Positions 9,631-18,670 of a stretch of DNA of 64,000 bases are shown here, in pieces (position 1 is the first letter of the stretch; each line of letters opens with the position of its first letter). The position numbers were made by a program, and so were the translations under genes. The notes under the pieces were generated by a model. The model did not search any database and was not told the DNA's origin. It saw only the letters and a program-made list of their open reading frames with translations. Source of the DNA: Candidatus Saccharimonadota bacterium (GTDB taxonomy: Bacteria > Patescibacteriota > Saccharimonadia > Saccharimonadales > OFTM59); contig JAJDCK010000004.1 of the NCBI GenBank assembly GCA_029260855.1, forward strand, positions 18,312-82,311. Direction: 5' to 3'.

Positions 9631-10058
9631 AAAAAATAGAAACCAACAAAAGCGTGCGCTACGAACTTGATTTGGCAGAGAGAACTGACCTGGTGGTTTG
9701 TGCGCAAAATGTTATTGTTAATTCTTACCCAATTTCTGGCGATGGATATGCTGCCGCTCTAATGACAGTTTCAGGTAGTATTTACGAAGGAGTATCTTAT
9801 AAATCTGAAACCCACACACTAACGATGCATGCCGAAGCGACAGCACTAGCCAATGCTGCGATCCATGGAGAGACAGATGTAGTCGCAATAACTGGTCCGA
9901 ACTGTCACATATGCAAACAGCTAATTTATGAGAATGGTCTTAACTCAGGTATAGACATAATGATAATCATGGATGATGAAAACGGGCAACACGATGTACC
10001 CATATCAGAAATGATGCCCTATGCATGGCCACTATTGAAGGGCAAAAATGAAAGTTAG
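9627..10058 (+). CDS. cytidine/deoxycytidylate deaminase-family zinc-binding protein
   Basis: CDA-fold zinc motifs HAE and PNCHIC (PCxxC). ATGA overlap with the pheS stop and 11-nt overlap with the pheT start. Confidence 0.5.
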   Translation: MKKIETNKSVRYELDLAERTDLVVCAQNVIVNSYPISGDGYAAALMTVSGSIYEGVSYKSETHTLTMHAEATALANAAIHGETDVVAITGPNCHICKQLIYENGLNSGIDIMIIMDDENGQHDVPISEMMPYAWPLLKGKNES

Positions 10059-12537
10059 CCTTAATTGGGTCAAAGAACTTACAGACGTCAAGCTTACTGT
10101 TGATGAGCTTGTTGAAAAGATTGGGGTGCAACTGGGGGCTGTTGAAGAAGTTATAGACCTAGGCAAAAAGTACGAGGGTATAGTTGTGGCTAAGGTTGTA
10201 GCGTGTGAAAAGCATCCGAACGCCGACAAACTGCAGGTCTGTACTATTGACGACGGTGGTACTACACCCGATGTCAAGAGGGGTAAAGACGGGTTGGTAC
10301 AGCTAGTCTGCGGAGCACCGAATGTTGCCGCAGGGCTGCTGGTGGCATGGTTGCCTCCGGGCACGGTTGTACCGGGTAGTTATGACAAAGAAGCTTTTAA
10401 GCTGGAGGCAAGAGAGATACGCGGCGTAGTAAGTAATGGAATGCTAGCTAGCCCTAGTGAGTTAGCGATTAGCGATGACCATGGCGGAATCTTGGAGATA
10501 GATGACGCAAAGCCCGGCGATAGCTTTTCAAAAGTTTACGGCCTAGACGATTATATTATTGATATTGAAAACAAAATGTTTACGCATCGTCCAGATCTAT
10601 TTGGCGTGCTTGGCGTTGCCCGCGAAATCGCTGGTATCCAGCACAAAGCGTTTCATACCAAATTTTGGGACTGGAACCGTCTAGCTAAGCCGCCACTTAA
10701 AGCGGAGTTATTGCCGTTACAAGTCAAAAACGAGTTACCTAAACTCGTACCACGTTTTATGGCCCAAGTCATCCGAGGAGTTGAGGTAAAGCCATCTAGC
10801 TCCAAGCAAGAAAGTCGTTTATCTAGGCTTGGAATTAAATCTATCAACAACATAGTTGATGTAACAAATTGGGCTATGATGCTGACTGGGCAGCCGATGC
10901 ATGCCTATGATTACGATAAGGTTAAAACTCTTAGCGGAGGCCAGGCAACTATAGTGATCCGCCATCCTAAACCAGGCGAAAAGATTAAACTGCTGAACGG
11001 AAAAATAATTGAACCGCGTCCAGAGGCAATTGTAATAGCAACCGACAAAGAGCTGATCGGTATTGGTGGTGTTATGGGTGGAGCTGATACTGAAGTTGAT
11101 GAAAACACTAAGAATATTATCCTAGAGTGCGCCAATTTTGACATGTATTCTATCCGTCGCACAGCTATGGAACACGGCTTATTTACTGAAGCGGTAACGC
11201 GCTTTACTAAAGGACAAAGTCCCCTGCAGAACGACAAGGTTATGCTTCTGGCGGTTAATAGTATTGTCGGTGAAGAGGCGGGGGGTGATCTTATAGGTGA
11301 GTTTATCGACATAAAAGGCGACATTAGGCCCCCAGTATCAGTACATGCGAGGCATGACTTTATTAATGCGCGCCTTGGGCTTGAGCTTGGCATCAAAGAA
11401 ATGGCGAAGTTGCTAGAAAACGTGGAGTTTGATGTGGCTATAAATGGCCCTACGCTAGCTGTAACGCCTCCGTTTTGGAGGACTGACATAGAAATTCCGG
11501 AAGACATCGTGGAAGAAGTTGGCCGGCTGTACGGCTATGACCATTTACCGCTTGAGTTGCCCAAGCGAAGCCTGACGCCACCACACAAAGACAAGCTGAT
11601 TGAGCTAAAAAATCAGATCAGAAACACGCTTGCTGCCGCTGGCGCCAATGAGCTTCAGAACTACAGTTTTGTGCATGGCGACCTGTTGGACAAAATAGGG
11701 CAGGACAAAGAAAGAGCCTTCAAGCTCTCCAACGCCCTAAGCCCCGACCTGCAATACTACCGTACGACGCTCGCGCCCAGCCTGCTCGATAAAGTTCACA
11801 TGAACCTAAAGGCTGGACATAATGAATTTGCTCTGTTTGAGTTTGGGAAAGTTCATTACAAAGGCGAGTGGGAACCGGGTGAACCAAGCGTGCCGCTAGA
11901 AGACAACCACTTAGCACTTGTCATTACCAATAATAAGAATGATCCACAACAAGGATCGGCTTACTACCGCGCAAGAAAATTTTTAGAACAAATTGCCGAT
12001 ACATCAGATTGGCGTTGGGTGCCTCTCGCAGATTTCGATCTAAATAAAGATAAGTGGGGACGAAATGTGGTTGCACCGTATGAACCCAAACGTGCGGCAG
12101 TTATTGTTCAGGATGATGAAATATGGGGGGTAGTCGGCGAAATAAAGACAGATGTAGCGCGAGCATTAAAGTTGCCAGAGTATACGGCTGCATTTGAAAT
12201 TAACTTAGGCAAAATCTCTGATTTCAAGAATGCCTATACGTCATTGCCGCGGTTCCCGAAAGTGGAGCAGGATATTTCATTGAAAGTACCGGCGAAAGTC
12301 ACCTACGGAGAATTATTTGGACTAGTCCGCAGCGAAATTAATGCCAAAAAACCCAAGCATACAATCACGACACTAACGCCACTTGATATTTATCAGAAAG
12401 AAAAACCACACAAGCAAATTACTCTGCGCCTGAGTATCGCCTCCTATGAACGTACCCTGACCGACAAGGAGGTTAACGGCTTGTTGGATGAAGCTGCTAA
12501 AGCTGCTGAAAAGAAATTCGGCGCATTAAGGTTATAA
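10048..12537 (+). CDS. pheT: phenylalanine--tRNA ligase beta subunit
   Basis: 829 aa; N-terminal tRNA-binding domain (MKVSLNWVKELTDV), B3/4 and B5 regions, C-terminal anticodon-binding region; directly downstream of pheS. Confidence 0.85.
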   Translation: MKVSLNWVKELTDVKLTVDELVEKIGVQLGAVEEVIDLGKKYEGIVVAKVVACEKHPNADKLQVCTIDDGGTTPDVKRGKDGLVQLVCGAPNVAAGLLVAWLPPGTVVPGSYDKEAFKLEAREIRGVVSNGMLASPSELAISDDHGGILEIDDAKPGDSFSKVYGLDDYIIDIENKMFTHRPDLFGVLGVAREIAGIQHKAFHTKFWDWNRLAKPPLKAELLPLQVKNELPKLVPRFMAQVIRGVEVKPSSSKQESRLSRLGIKSINNIVDVTNWAMMLTGQPMHAYDYDKVKTLSGGQATIVIRHPKPGEKIKLLNGKIIEPRPEAIVIATDKELIGIGGVMGGADTEVDENTKNIILECANFDMYSIRRTAMEHGLFTEAVTRFTKGQSPLQNDKVMLLAVNSIVGEEAGGDLIGEFIDIKGDIRPPVSVHARHDFINARLGLELGIKEMAKLLENVEFDVAINGPTLAVTPPFWRTDIEIPEDIVEEVGRLYGYDHLPLELPKRSLTPPHKDKLIELKNQIRNTLAAAGANELQNYSFVHGDLLDKIGQDKERAFKLSNALSPDLQYYRTTLAPSLLDKVHMNLKAGHNEFALFEFGKVHYKGEWEPGEPSVPLEDNHLALVITNNKNDPQQGSAYYRARKFLEQIADTSDWRWVPLADFDLNKDKWGRNVVAPYEPKRAAVIVQDDEIWGVVGEIKTDVARALKLPEYTAAFEINLGKISDFKNAYTSLPRFPKVEQDISLKVPAKVTYGELFGLVRSEINAKKPKHTITTLTPLDIYQKEKPHKQITLRLSIASYERTLTDKEVNGLLDEAAKAAEKKFGALRL

Positions 12538-12595
12538 AGCCAGGACCCGGTTGAAGCAGACCACTAGGTATAATGTTTAGATGAATAAAAAGTGC

Positions 12596-12625
12596 TTGTC
12601 AGTAATAGTTAATAACCCCTATACT
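12596..12625 (+). promoter_or_regulatory. sigma70-like promoter candidate (TTGTCA-18-TATACT) upstream of the FKBP gene
   Basis: Seen in sequence; followed by AAGGAGG RBS 7 nt before the ATG at 12649. Confidence 0.35.
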
Positions 12626-12648
12626 AGTATATGAACTAAGGAGGGTAT

Positions 12649-13188
12649 ATGTCTAACCCCAAACGGGTCGTTGTTTTATTATTGGCAGTTTTGTTCTTGG
12701 GGACATCAATAGCCTTTACGGTAGCAGTGGTGCTAGATATGCGCAAACAAACTAGCCAGACCAGCGAATTAGCAGAGAGCGAGATTTCAGGATCAACTAA
12801 TCAGAACCAGGAGGATAAAAATATGTTGCAAGGCACAAAACTGGCAGATTTTACGCCAGTCGCCCAAGTCACAGATCTACAGAAGATTGATTTAGAGGAG
12901 GGGACTGGTGCAGTAGTACAGCCAGGCGCGACTGTGACCGCACACTACACTGGTGCGCTGGCTAAAGACGGTACAATATTCCAGAGTTCACACGACTTCG
13001 GCCAACCAATACCGTTCGGGCTTAATGATGTGATTAAGGGCTGGACCGACGGTGTGCCCGGTATGAAGGTCGGCGGGAAAAGGCGATTATTAATCCCGGC
13101 TGCGCAAGCCTATGGTTCTGAAGAACAGCAGGGCATCCCAGCTAATTCTGATTTAGTATTTGATATAGAGGTTGTTTCCCTACAGTAG
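12649..13188 (+). CDS. FKBP-type peptidyl-prolyl cis-trans isomerase, membrane-anchored
   Basis: N-terminal TM segment, then FKBP domain VTAHYTGALAKDGTIFQSS...GLNDVIKGWTDGVPGMKVGGKRRLLIPAAQAYG...LVFDIEVVS. Confidence 0.8.
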   Translation: MSNPKRVVVLLLAVLFLGTSIAFTVAVVLDMRKQTSQTSELAESEISGSTNQNQEDKNMLQGTKLADFTPVAQVTDLQKIDLEEGTGAVVQPGATVTAHYTGALAKDGTIFQSSHDFGQPIPFGLNDVIKGWTDGVPGMKVGGKRRLLIPAAQAYGSEEQQGIPANSDLVFDIEVVSLQ

Positions 13189-13236
13189 ACAAAACTTGCG
13201 TAGTAAGGGGATAAATACAGCAAAAAACACAACATG

Positions 13237-13273
13237 TAGCGTATTGACTATGTATCGCTACGCTAGTTATAAT
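13237..13273 (+). promoter_or_regulatory. promoter candidate TTGACT-18-TATAAT with flanking 7-bp inverted repeat TAGCGTA/TACGCTA
   Basis: Seen in sequence upstream of the glutaredoxin-like gene. IR arms at 13237-13243 and 13259-13265 bracket the -35 and spacer. Confidence 0.4.
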
Positions 13274-13335
13274 GTGGTTAGTAAAACGGCACTATAAATA
13301 ATAAACATATAAACAATCAAACGAGGGGGTCTAAG

Positions 13336-13584
13336 ATGCCTAAAAACATCACAGTTTTTACTACTAACACTTGCGGGTACTGTCTGATGGTCAAAAAATG
13401 GCTAAGTGCTAAGGGTCACACGTACGAAGAGGTTAACCTGGACACCAATCCTGTTCGTCAACAAGAAGCTATCGCATTAAGCGGCCAGCTTTCTGTGCCG
13501 ATTACGGTTATAACTAAACAGGATGACAGTAAAGAAGTGGTGATTGGCTATAATCCCGCCAAGCTAGCCCCTGCTGTTGCCTAA
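13336..13584 (+). CDS. glutaredoxin/NrdH-like redoxin
   Basis: 82 aa with thioredoxin-fold CGYC active site near the N-terminus (TNTCGYCLMVKKWL). Confidence 0.7.
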   Translation: MPKNITVFTTNTCGYCLMVKKWLSAKGHTYEEVNLDTNPVRQQEAIALSGQLSVPITVITKQDDSKEVVIGYNPAKLAPAVA

Positions 13585-13721
13585 GATATTTACTGCTCGT
13601 GCACACTAAAGCAATGTATCAATAATTATCTAAGGCGCTGTTCTGGTTGCAAGCACTTTCGTGGCAAATGAAGTAAAATAGATTTCTAATAGTAATAGTA
13701 ATGAGAAATGGCTAATGACTA

Positions 13722-14663
13722 ATGACTAAAGCGGAGTTGCATGACGTAGTTATGGTGGGCGCGGGACCTGCAGCGCTAGCGGCAGCACTTTATACAACAC
13801 GCGAAGATATAGACACCGTACTTTATGAAAAGGGCGTAATCGGCGGTCTAGCGGCAATCACTGATTGGGTGGATAACTATCCTGGCTTTCCAGACGGATT
13901 GGCTGGTTTAGATCTATCAGAAAAATTGCAAAAGCAAGCGGAGAGGTTTGGCGCTGACATCCGTCTGGGCGCTGTGCTGAAAATTACAGATAAAGGCGAG
14001 GTCAAGGAGCTAGAAACCACAGACGGATTAATTCAGGCCAAAACCGTTCTTATAGCGACGGGTAGTGACTATAAAAAGCTCGGAATTCCTGGCGAAGAAG
14101 AATACTATGCTCGCGGAGTCCACTATTGTGCTACGTGTGACGGTGCCTTTTACCGCGAGAAACGTTTGGTGGTTGTTGGTGGTGGTAATTCTGCAGTTCA
14201 GGAGACCATATTCTTAACACGGTTTGCTAGCCACATTGACTTGTTGGTTAGGGGCGATACTTTACGCGCATCAGAAGTTTTGCAGCAGGAGTTGAAGAAG
14301 TATAGCGACAAGGTGGCTGTGCACTTTAACACAACTACACAAAAAATTGTCGGTAAGGACAATAAGGTTACAGGTGTCCAGGGTGTCAGCACGAAAAACG
14401 GCAAAAACGTTAATTTTGAAACCGACGGAGTTTTTGTGTTTATAGGTCTGCTGCCCAACACGAGTTTTTTAGAGGGCTCAGGCATAGCGTTAGATGATAT
14501 AGGTATGATCAGGACGGGTGACAACCTGGAGACAAGTATGCCAGGGGTGTTTGCCGCAGGTGATGTTCGTTCAGGGGCAACAATGCAAATTGCCAGTGCG
14601 ACGGGTGAGGGTGCGACGGCAGCTCTTATGATCAGAAAGTATCTTGAACCGCATACACACTAA
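13722..14663 (+). CDS. trxB: thioredoxin-disulfide reductase
   Basis: FAD motif VVMVGAGPAALAAALY, redox-active CATCDG, NADPH motif VVVGGGNSAVQE, C-terminal GDVRS motif. Confidence 0.85.
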   Translation: MTKAELHDVVMVGAGPAALAAALYTTREDIDTVLYEKGVIGGLAAITDWVDNYPGFPDGLAGLDLSEKLQKQAERFGADIRLGAVLKITDKGEVKELETTDGLIQAKTVLIATGSDYKKLGIPGEEEYYARGVHYCATCDGAFYREKRLVVVGGGNSAVQETIFLTRFASHIDLLVRGDTLRASEVLQQELKKYSDKVAVHFNTTTQKIVGKDNKVTGVQGVSTKNGKNVNFETDGVFVFIGLLPNTSFLEGSGIALDDIGMIRTGDNLETSMPGVFAAGDVRSGATMQIASATGEGATAALMIRKYLEPHTH

Positions 14664-14746
14664 AAAGACCAACAAGTAAGATATTTCACATACAACACTA
14701 AAGCGCTAGGAATAGACTGTCTTAACAGTAACGAAGGATTGACGAT

Positions 14747-15202
14747 ATGACGATTTACGAGCTTTGCTTATTGCATTCTCGGGCTGACCGAGCTCTTCGT
14801 ACGGTTGTTGCAGAGCAGCTTAGTTCACAAAACCTTACTATGATGCAGTGGTTGATGCTCGGTGTTGTTGGGGCCGGTCCTAGAGACGGCCTGAGCATGG
14901 GCTCGATCGCCGAACAGCTAGGCATAACTCTGCCGCAGGTTACCGCGTTGTTGTCTGCTCTGACTAAGAGACGCCTAACTAAACTTAAATCTCAACGACA
15001 CGACCGCCGTAGCAGACATGCGTTGATCTCTCCAAAGGGTGAGGAGGCGCTAAAAATAGCTAGTGAAACTATTGAAAATAGGCTAGGCGACCTTTTTCCT
15101 GCTGGCAGGCGCCAGTCGTATATGGGGATGTTGGAACATATCATTCCTGGCGAAACGGAGTCAGTAGTAATTGATGTTACGAAGGCAAGTAAAACAACTT
15201 AA
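14747..15202 (+). CDS. MarR-family transcriptional regulator
   Basis: 151 aa, winged-helix region LTMMQWLMLGVVGAGPRDGLSMGSIAEQLGITLPQVTALLSALTKRRL. Confidence 0.55.
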   Translation: MTIYELCLLHSRADRALRTVVAEQLSSQNLTMMQWLMLGVVGAGPRDGLSMGSIAEQLGITLPQVTALLSALTKRRLTKLKSQRHDRRSRHALISPKGEEALKIASETIENRLGDLFPAGRRQSYMGMLEHIIPGETESVVIDVTKASKTT

Positions 15203-15224
15203 ACAATACACGACGCTGTAGGTC

Positions 15225-15944
15225 TTATTGAGCAAATTTGTTAACGCGAGAGCGTTTTGTAGTTATTCCACGGCGTTTGCGTTTAATGAATTTGTTTGGA
15301 TAATTTGTGCATATCCACGCTCCCGGGTAGAGTGTTCTGATAAAACGAGCAAAGAAATGGTGGTTGACGGTGTAAACCATGATCGTAAGGTTTAGGCGCT
15401 GCGCCAACCAATAAGTTAAGGGGTTCATAATCCAGAAGTTAATGTCAATTCCGTCAGCTTCGTATGCACGGGCATATGTTATGGCTTCAAAAGGATTGAC
15501 CACAACTCTTATAAAACCTGGGATTTCTGGGCGTAATTGTTTAAGGACTTTAATCTCGGAATACACAGGAGAGGCGATGATGACGTTGGCGTTTGGAAAA
15601 TCTCTGAGTACCGTTAAAACAGCTTTGACTCCGCCCTCAACCTTAACCTCAATAATTGCTTGGGTTTTTCCAACACTTGCCAGTGCTTGGCTTAGGTGTG
15701 CTATGGATTCGCCGTCGTTTAACTTAATCCTTTTTAGTTCATAATAAGTGGAGCCGGAAACTTTATACTTGCCTCCACCAATACGGGCTAGTTTGTCGTC
15801 GTGACTCAGCACTGGCTGACCGTCGTTAGTTAATCGAACATCAAATTCAACCGCATCCACGCCTATTGCAATAGCCTTTCGTATGGACGTAATAGTGTTT
15901 TCCAGTCTTAAACCGGCAGCACCGCGGTGCCCAATTATTTTCAT
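15225..15944 (-). CDS. glycerophosphodiester phosphodiesterase (GDPD family)
   Basis: MKIIGHRGAAGLRLENT...VDAVEFDVRLTNDGQPVLSHDDKL is the GDPD catalytic signature; start taken at MKIIGHRG. Confidence 0.75.
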   Translation of the reverse strand: MKIIGHRGAAGLRLENTITSIRKAIAIGVDAVEFDVRLTNDGQPVLSHDDKLARIGGGKYKVSGSTYYELKRIKLNDGESIAHLSQALASVGKTQAIIEVKVEGGVKAVLTVLRDFPNANVIIASPVYSEIKVLKQLRPEIPGFIRVVVNPFEAITYARAYEADGIDINFWIMNPLTYWLAQRLNLTIMVYTVNHHFFARFIRTLYPGAWICTNYPNKFIKRKRRGITTKRSRVNKFAQ

Positions 15945-15987
15945 GTTATATCTAGTGTACAATACAAGGGAAAATAAGGAGAACAAG

Positions 15988-16506
15988 ATGGCAGATCTAG
16001 GCTATGGCGATGACGCACCAAACGTTGTGAATGTTGTAATTGAAATTCAGCGCGGCAGCCGAAATAAAATAGAGGTTGATAAAAAAACCGGGCGATTGTT
16101 TCTGGATCGTGTGAACGGCACGCTGCTTGGCTATCCGACTGATTATGGGTATGTCCCAGATACTTTGTGTGAAGACGGAGACCCACTAGACGCACTAGTA
16201 GTTATTGATGAATCATTACCGCACGGAGTTGTTGCGCCAGTGCGCGCGGTTGGTGTTTTATATTTTGAAGACGACGGTGAAATGGATGAAAAGCTTATTT
16301 GCGTTGCAGCTGATGATATCAGCAAAGACCACATACAGTCGCTAGATGATTTAGGCGAAGCATTTAAAAAGAACATTGAACACTTCTACGCTCATTACAA
16401 GGACTGGAAGAAAGACTGGAAGGGCGTGAGCGCAGTGCTCAAAGGTTGGGGCGGCCCAGAAGATGCCCGCAAAGTGATTGAAGAGTCAATTGCCCGCGCA
16501 AACTAA
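15988..16506 (+). CDS. ppa: inorganic pyrophosphatase
   Basis: Family I PPase motifs DYGYVPDTLCEDGDPLDALVV; AAGGAG RBS at 15977-15982; start at MADLGY. Confidence 0.85.
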   Translation: MADLGYGDDAPNVVNVVIEIQRGSRNKIEVDKKTGRLFLDRVNGTLLGYPTDYGYVPDTLCEDGDPLDALVVIDESLPHGVVAPVRAVGVLYFEDDGEMDEKLICVAADDISKDHIQSLDDLGEAFKKNIEHFYAHYKDWKKDWKGVSAVLKGWGGPEDARKVIEESIARAN

Positions 16507-16519
16507 ACAATAATCCTCA

Positions 16520-17104
16520 ATGAAAAAAGTTATTCCGGAAAATGCGGTTCTAGTTCCGGAAAATGCTGAAAAAGTATTTTCCGGAGAGATATTTGATGTA
16601 TACCAGTGGCCACAAAAAATGTTTGATGGTTCGTATGCCACTTTTGAAATGCTTAAGAGGCCCGATACTATAAATGTAATTTGTATAGTTGACGATAAAA
16701 TTTTAATTTTGGACGAAGAACAACCGCACCACGGTGTGCGCACGAATGTTCCGCTTGGGCGCATTGATAAAAAGGATATTAATACACTCGAGGGCGCAAA
16801 GCGTGAAGTCGTTGAGGAGACAGGTTACGAATTTGAAAATTGGCGCTTAGTAGAGGTGGTGCAGTTCTATGCAAAGATTGAATGGTTTATGTATGTTTAT
16901 GTAGCTTGGGGTGTAAAAGCCCAGCGGGCACCAAAACTTGATCCAGGAGAGACTATTACTATTCGCAAGGAAAGTTTAGAAAACGTAAAGAAAAGCGCTC
17001 TTTATGATCTCGCCGGTAATGAAAAGGGTATATTTAATAGAGTTGATTCCGTTGATGAATTAGTGGCTCTGCCCGAGTTTACTGGTCGAGATGTCGATCG
17101 CTAG
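16520..17104 (+). CDS. NUDIX hydrolase
   Basis: Nudix box GAKREVVEETGYEF (GX5EX7REUXEEXGU-like). Confidence 0.65.
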   Translation: MKKVIPENAVLVPENAEKVFSGEIFDVYQWPQKMFDGSYATFEMLKRPDTINVICIVDDKILILDEEQPHHGVRTNVPLGRIDKKDINTLEGAKREVVEETGYEFENWRLVEVVQFYAKIEWFMYVYVAWGVKAQRAPKLDPGETITIRKESLENVKKSALYDLAGNEKGIFNRVDSVDELVALPEFTGRDVDR

Positions 17105-17169
17105 TTGCGCGAAGGGCGCGTCTCCTTATACAATAGCGTTAATGTTTATAACAAGGTGGGGCTAATAAT

Positions 17170-18210
17170 ATGAAGACACAGGTAGCGATCAACGGTTTTG
17201 GTCGCATTGGGCGTAATGCATTTAAGGTGGCGTTTGAGCGTACCGATATGGAAATTGTTGCAATCAATGACCTGACTGACACTAAAACTTTAGCTCACCT
17301 TCTGAAGCACGACAGTAATTACGGTACGTATGAACACGATGTGAGCTATGACGACACTGGCATTATTGTAGACGGTAAGCATATAACCGTATTTGCCGAG
17401 AAAGAGCCGTCGGCCTTACCGTGGGGCAAACATAAAATTGATGTGGTTATTGAGTCTACAGGCTTTTTCGTGAAACCGGAGCTTGCTCGGGCCCATATTG
17501 ACGCGGGTGCTAAAAAGGTTGTTATCTCTGCGCCTGCTAAAGGCGAAGGTGCGACCACTATTGTCCTAGGCGTAAACGAAGACGAGCTTGAAGGCGCAGA
17601 AGATATAATCAGTAATGCCTCTTGTACGACTAACTGCATTACACCTGTCGCCTCAATCATAGAAGGTGCATTTGGTATTGAAAAAGCCATGATGACCACG
17701 ATACACAGCTATACTGCGAGTCAAAAATTGCAAGATGCACCAGCAAAAGATTTACGTGAAGCCAGAAACGCTGCTGAGAATATCGTACCTACCACGACAG
17801 GGGCCTCAATAGCGGCTGGCCAAGCATTGCCAGCGTTACAAGGCATCTTCGGTGGTATGTCGGTGCGTGTGCCGACCCCAGTGGTGAGCCTTAGTGACTT
17901 TGTGATAATTACGAAAAAGCCTGTAACAATTGAATCAGTGAACGAGGCTTTTAAAAAGGCTGCCAAAGAGCCATATTACCAAGGTATTTTGGATGTGACT
18001 GAAGAAGAACTGGTGTCATCAGATTTTATCGGTAACAGCCACTCAGCCATTGTGGACCTGAAGCTTACAGCTGTTGTAGGAGGCAATATGTTAAAAGTGG
18101 TAGCGTGGTATGACAACGAATGGGGCTATTCTAACCGTTTGGTTGAGGTCGTGGCAGATGCCGGAGCTATGCTCCATAAAAAAGAAGATCATTCAGAACA
18201 CCATAACTAA
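17170..18210 (+). CDS. gap: glyceraldehyde-3-phosphate dehydrogenase
   Basis: INGFGRIGR NAD motif, catalytic ASCTTNC, C-terminal WYDNEWGYS; AGGTGG RBS upstream. Confidence 0.9.
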   Translation: MKTQVAINGFGRIGRNAFKVAFERTDMEIVAINDLTDTKTLAHLLKHDSNYGTYEHDVSYDDTGIIVDGKHITVFAEKEPSALPWGKHKIDVVIESTGFFVKPELARAHIDAGAKKVVISAPAKGEGATTIVLGVNEDELEGAEDIISNASCTTNCITPVASIIEGAFGIEKAMMTTIHSYTASQKLQDAPAKDLREARNAAENIVPTTTGASIAAGQALPALQGIFGGMSVRVPTPVVSLSDFVIITKKPVTIESVNEAFKKAAKEPYYQGILDVTEEELVSSDFIGNSHSAIVDLKLTAVVGGNMLKVVAWYDNEWGYSNRLVEVVADAGAMLHKKEDHSEHHN

Positions 18211-18223
18211 GGGGTGACACATA

Positions 18224-18670
18224 ATGAAAATTTACGTTGGAACTGACCATAACGGTTTCCGTATGCGAGAAGGGCTAATAAAGCACCTACAAAAGGGCGG
18301 CTATGAAGTGGTAGATGTAGGTAGCGGCCAAATGGACCCCCAAGACGATTTCCCTACTTTTGCTCAACGGGTCGTGACAGATATGCTAGCTAGTGATAAC
18401 CCGGATCCGCGCGGTATATTGCTATGTGGCAGCGGCCAAGGGATGTGCATTGCAGCTAATCGTTTTAAGGGCATTAGGGCTGCGTTGCTCTATGATAAAG
18501 AGTCGGCACGCTCTTCACGTAATGATGATGATACTAACATTGCTTGTTTGCCTGCTCGTGTACTGGAAAAAGATGAAGCTAACCAGATTATTGAAACATG
18601 GCTAAACACGCCATTTGCCAAAGCGCCGCGTTTTGTCCGTCGCATTCATGCACTTGATGAGCTAAACTAA
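18224..18670 (+). CDS. rpiB: ribose-5-phosphate isomerase B (RpiB/LacA/LacB family)
   Basis: MKIYVGTDHNGF...LLCGSGQGMCIAANRFKGIRAALLYD. Confidence 0.85.
   Translation: MKIYVGTDHNGFRMREGLIKHLQKGGYEVVDVGSGQMDPQDDFPTFAQRVVTDMLASDNPDPRGILLCGSGQGMCIAANRFKGIRAALLYDKESARSSRNDDDTNIACLPARVLEKDEANQIIETWLNTPFAKAPRFVRRIHALDELN

Noticed and set aside
10911-11507. 198-aa minus-strand ORF inside pheT; similar antisense ORFs at 17346-17699, 27432-27896, 35393-35869, 36276-36614 and 42458-42670
   Set aside because: Entirely antisense to strongly supported conserved genes, with Ser/low-complexity composition typical of antisense artefacts
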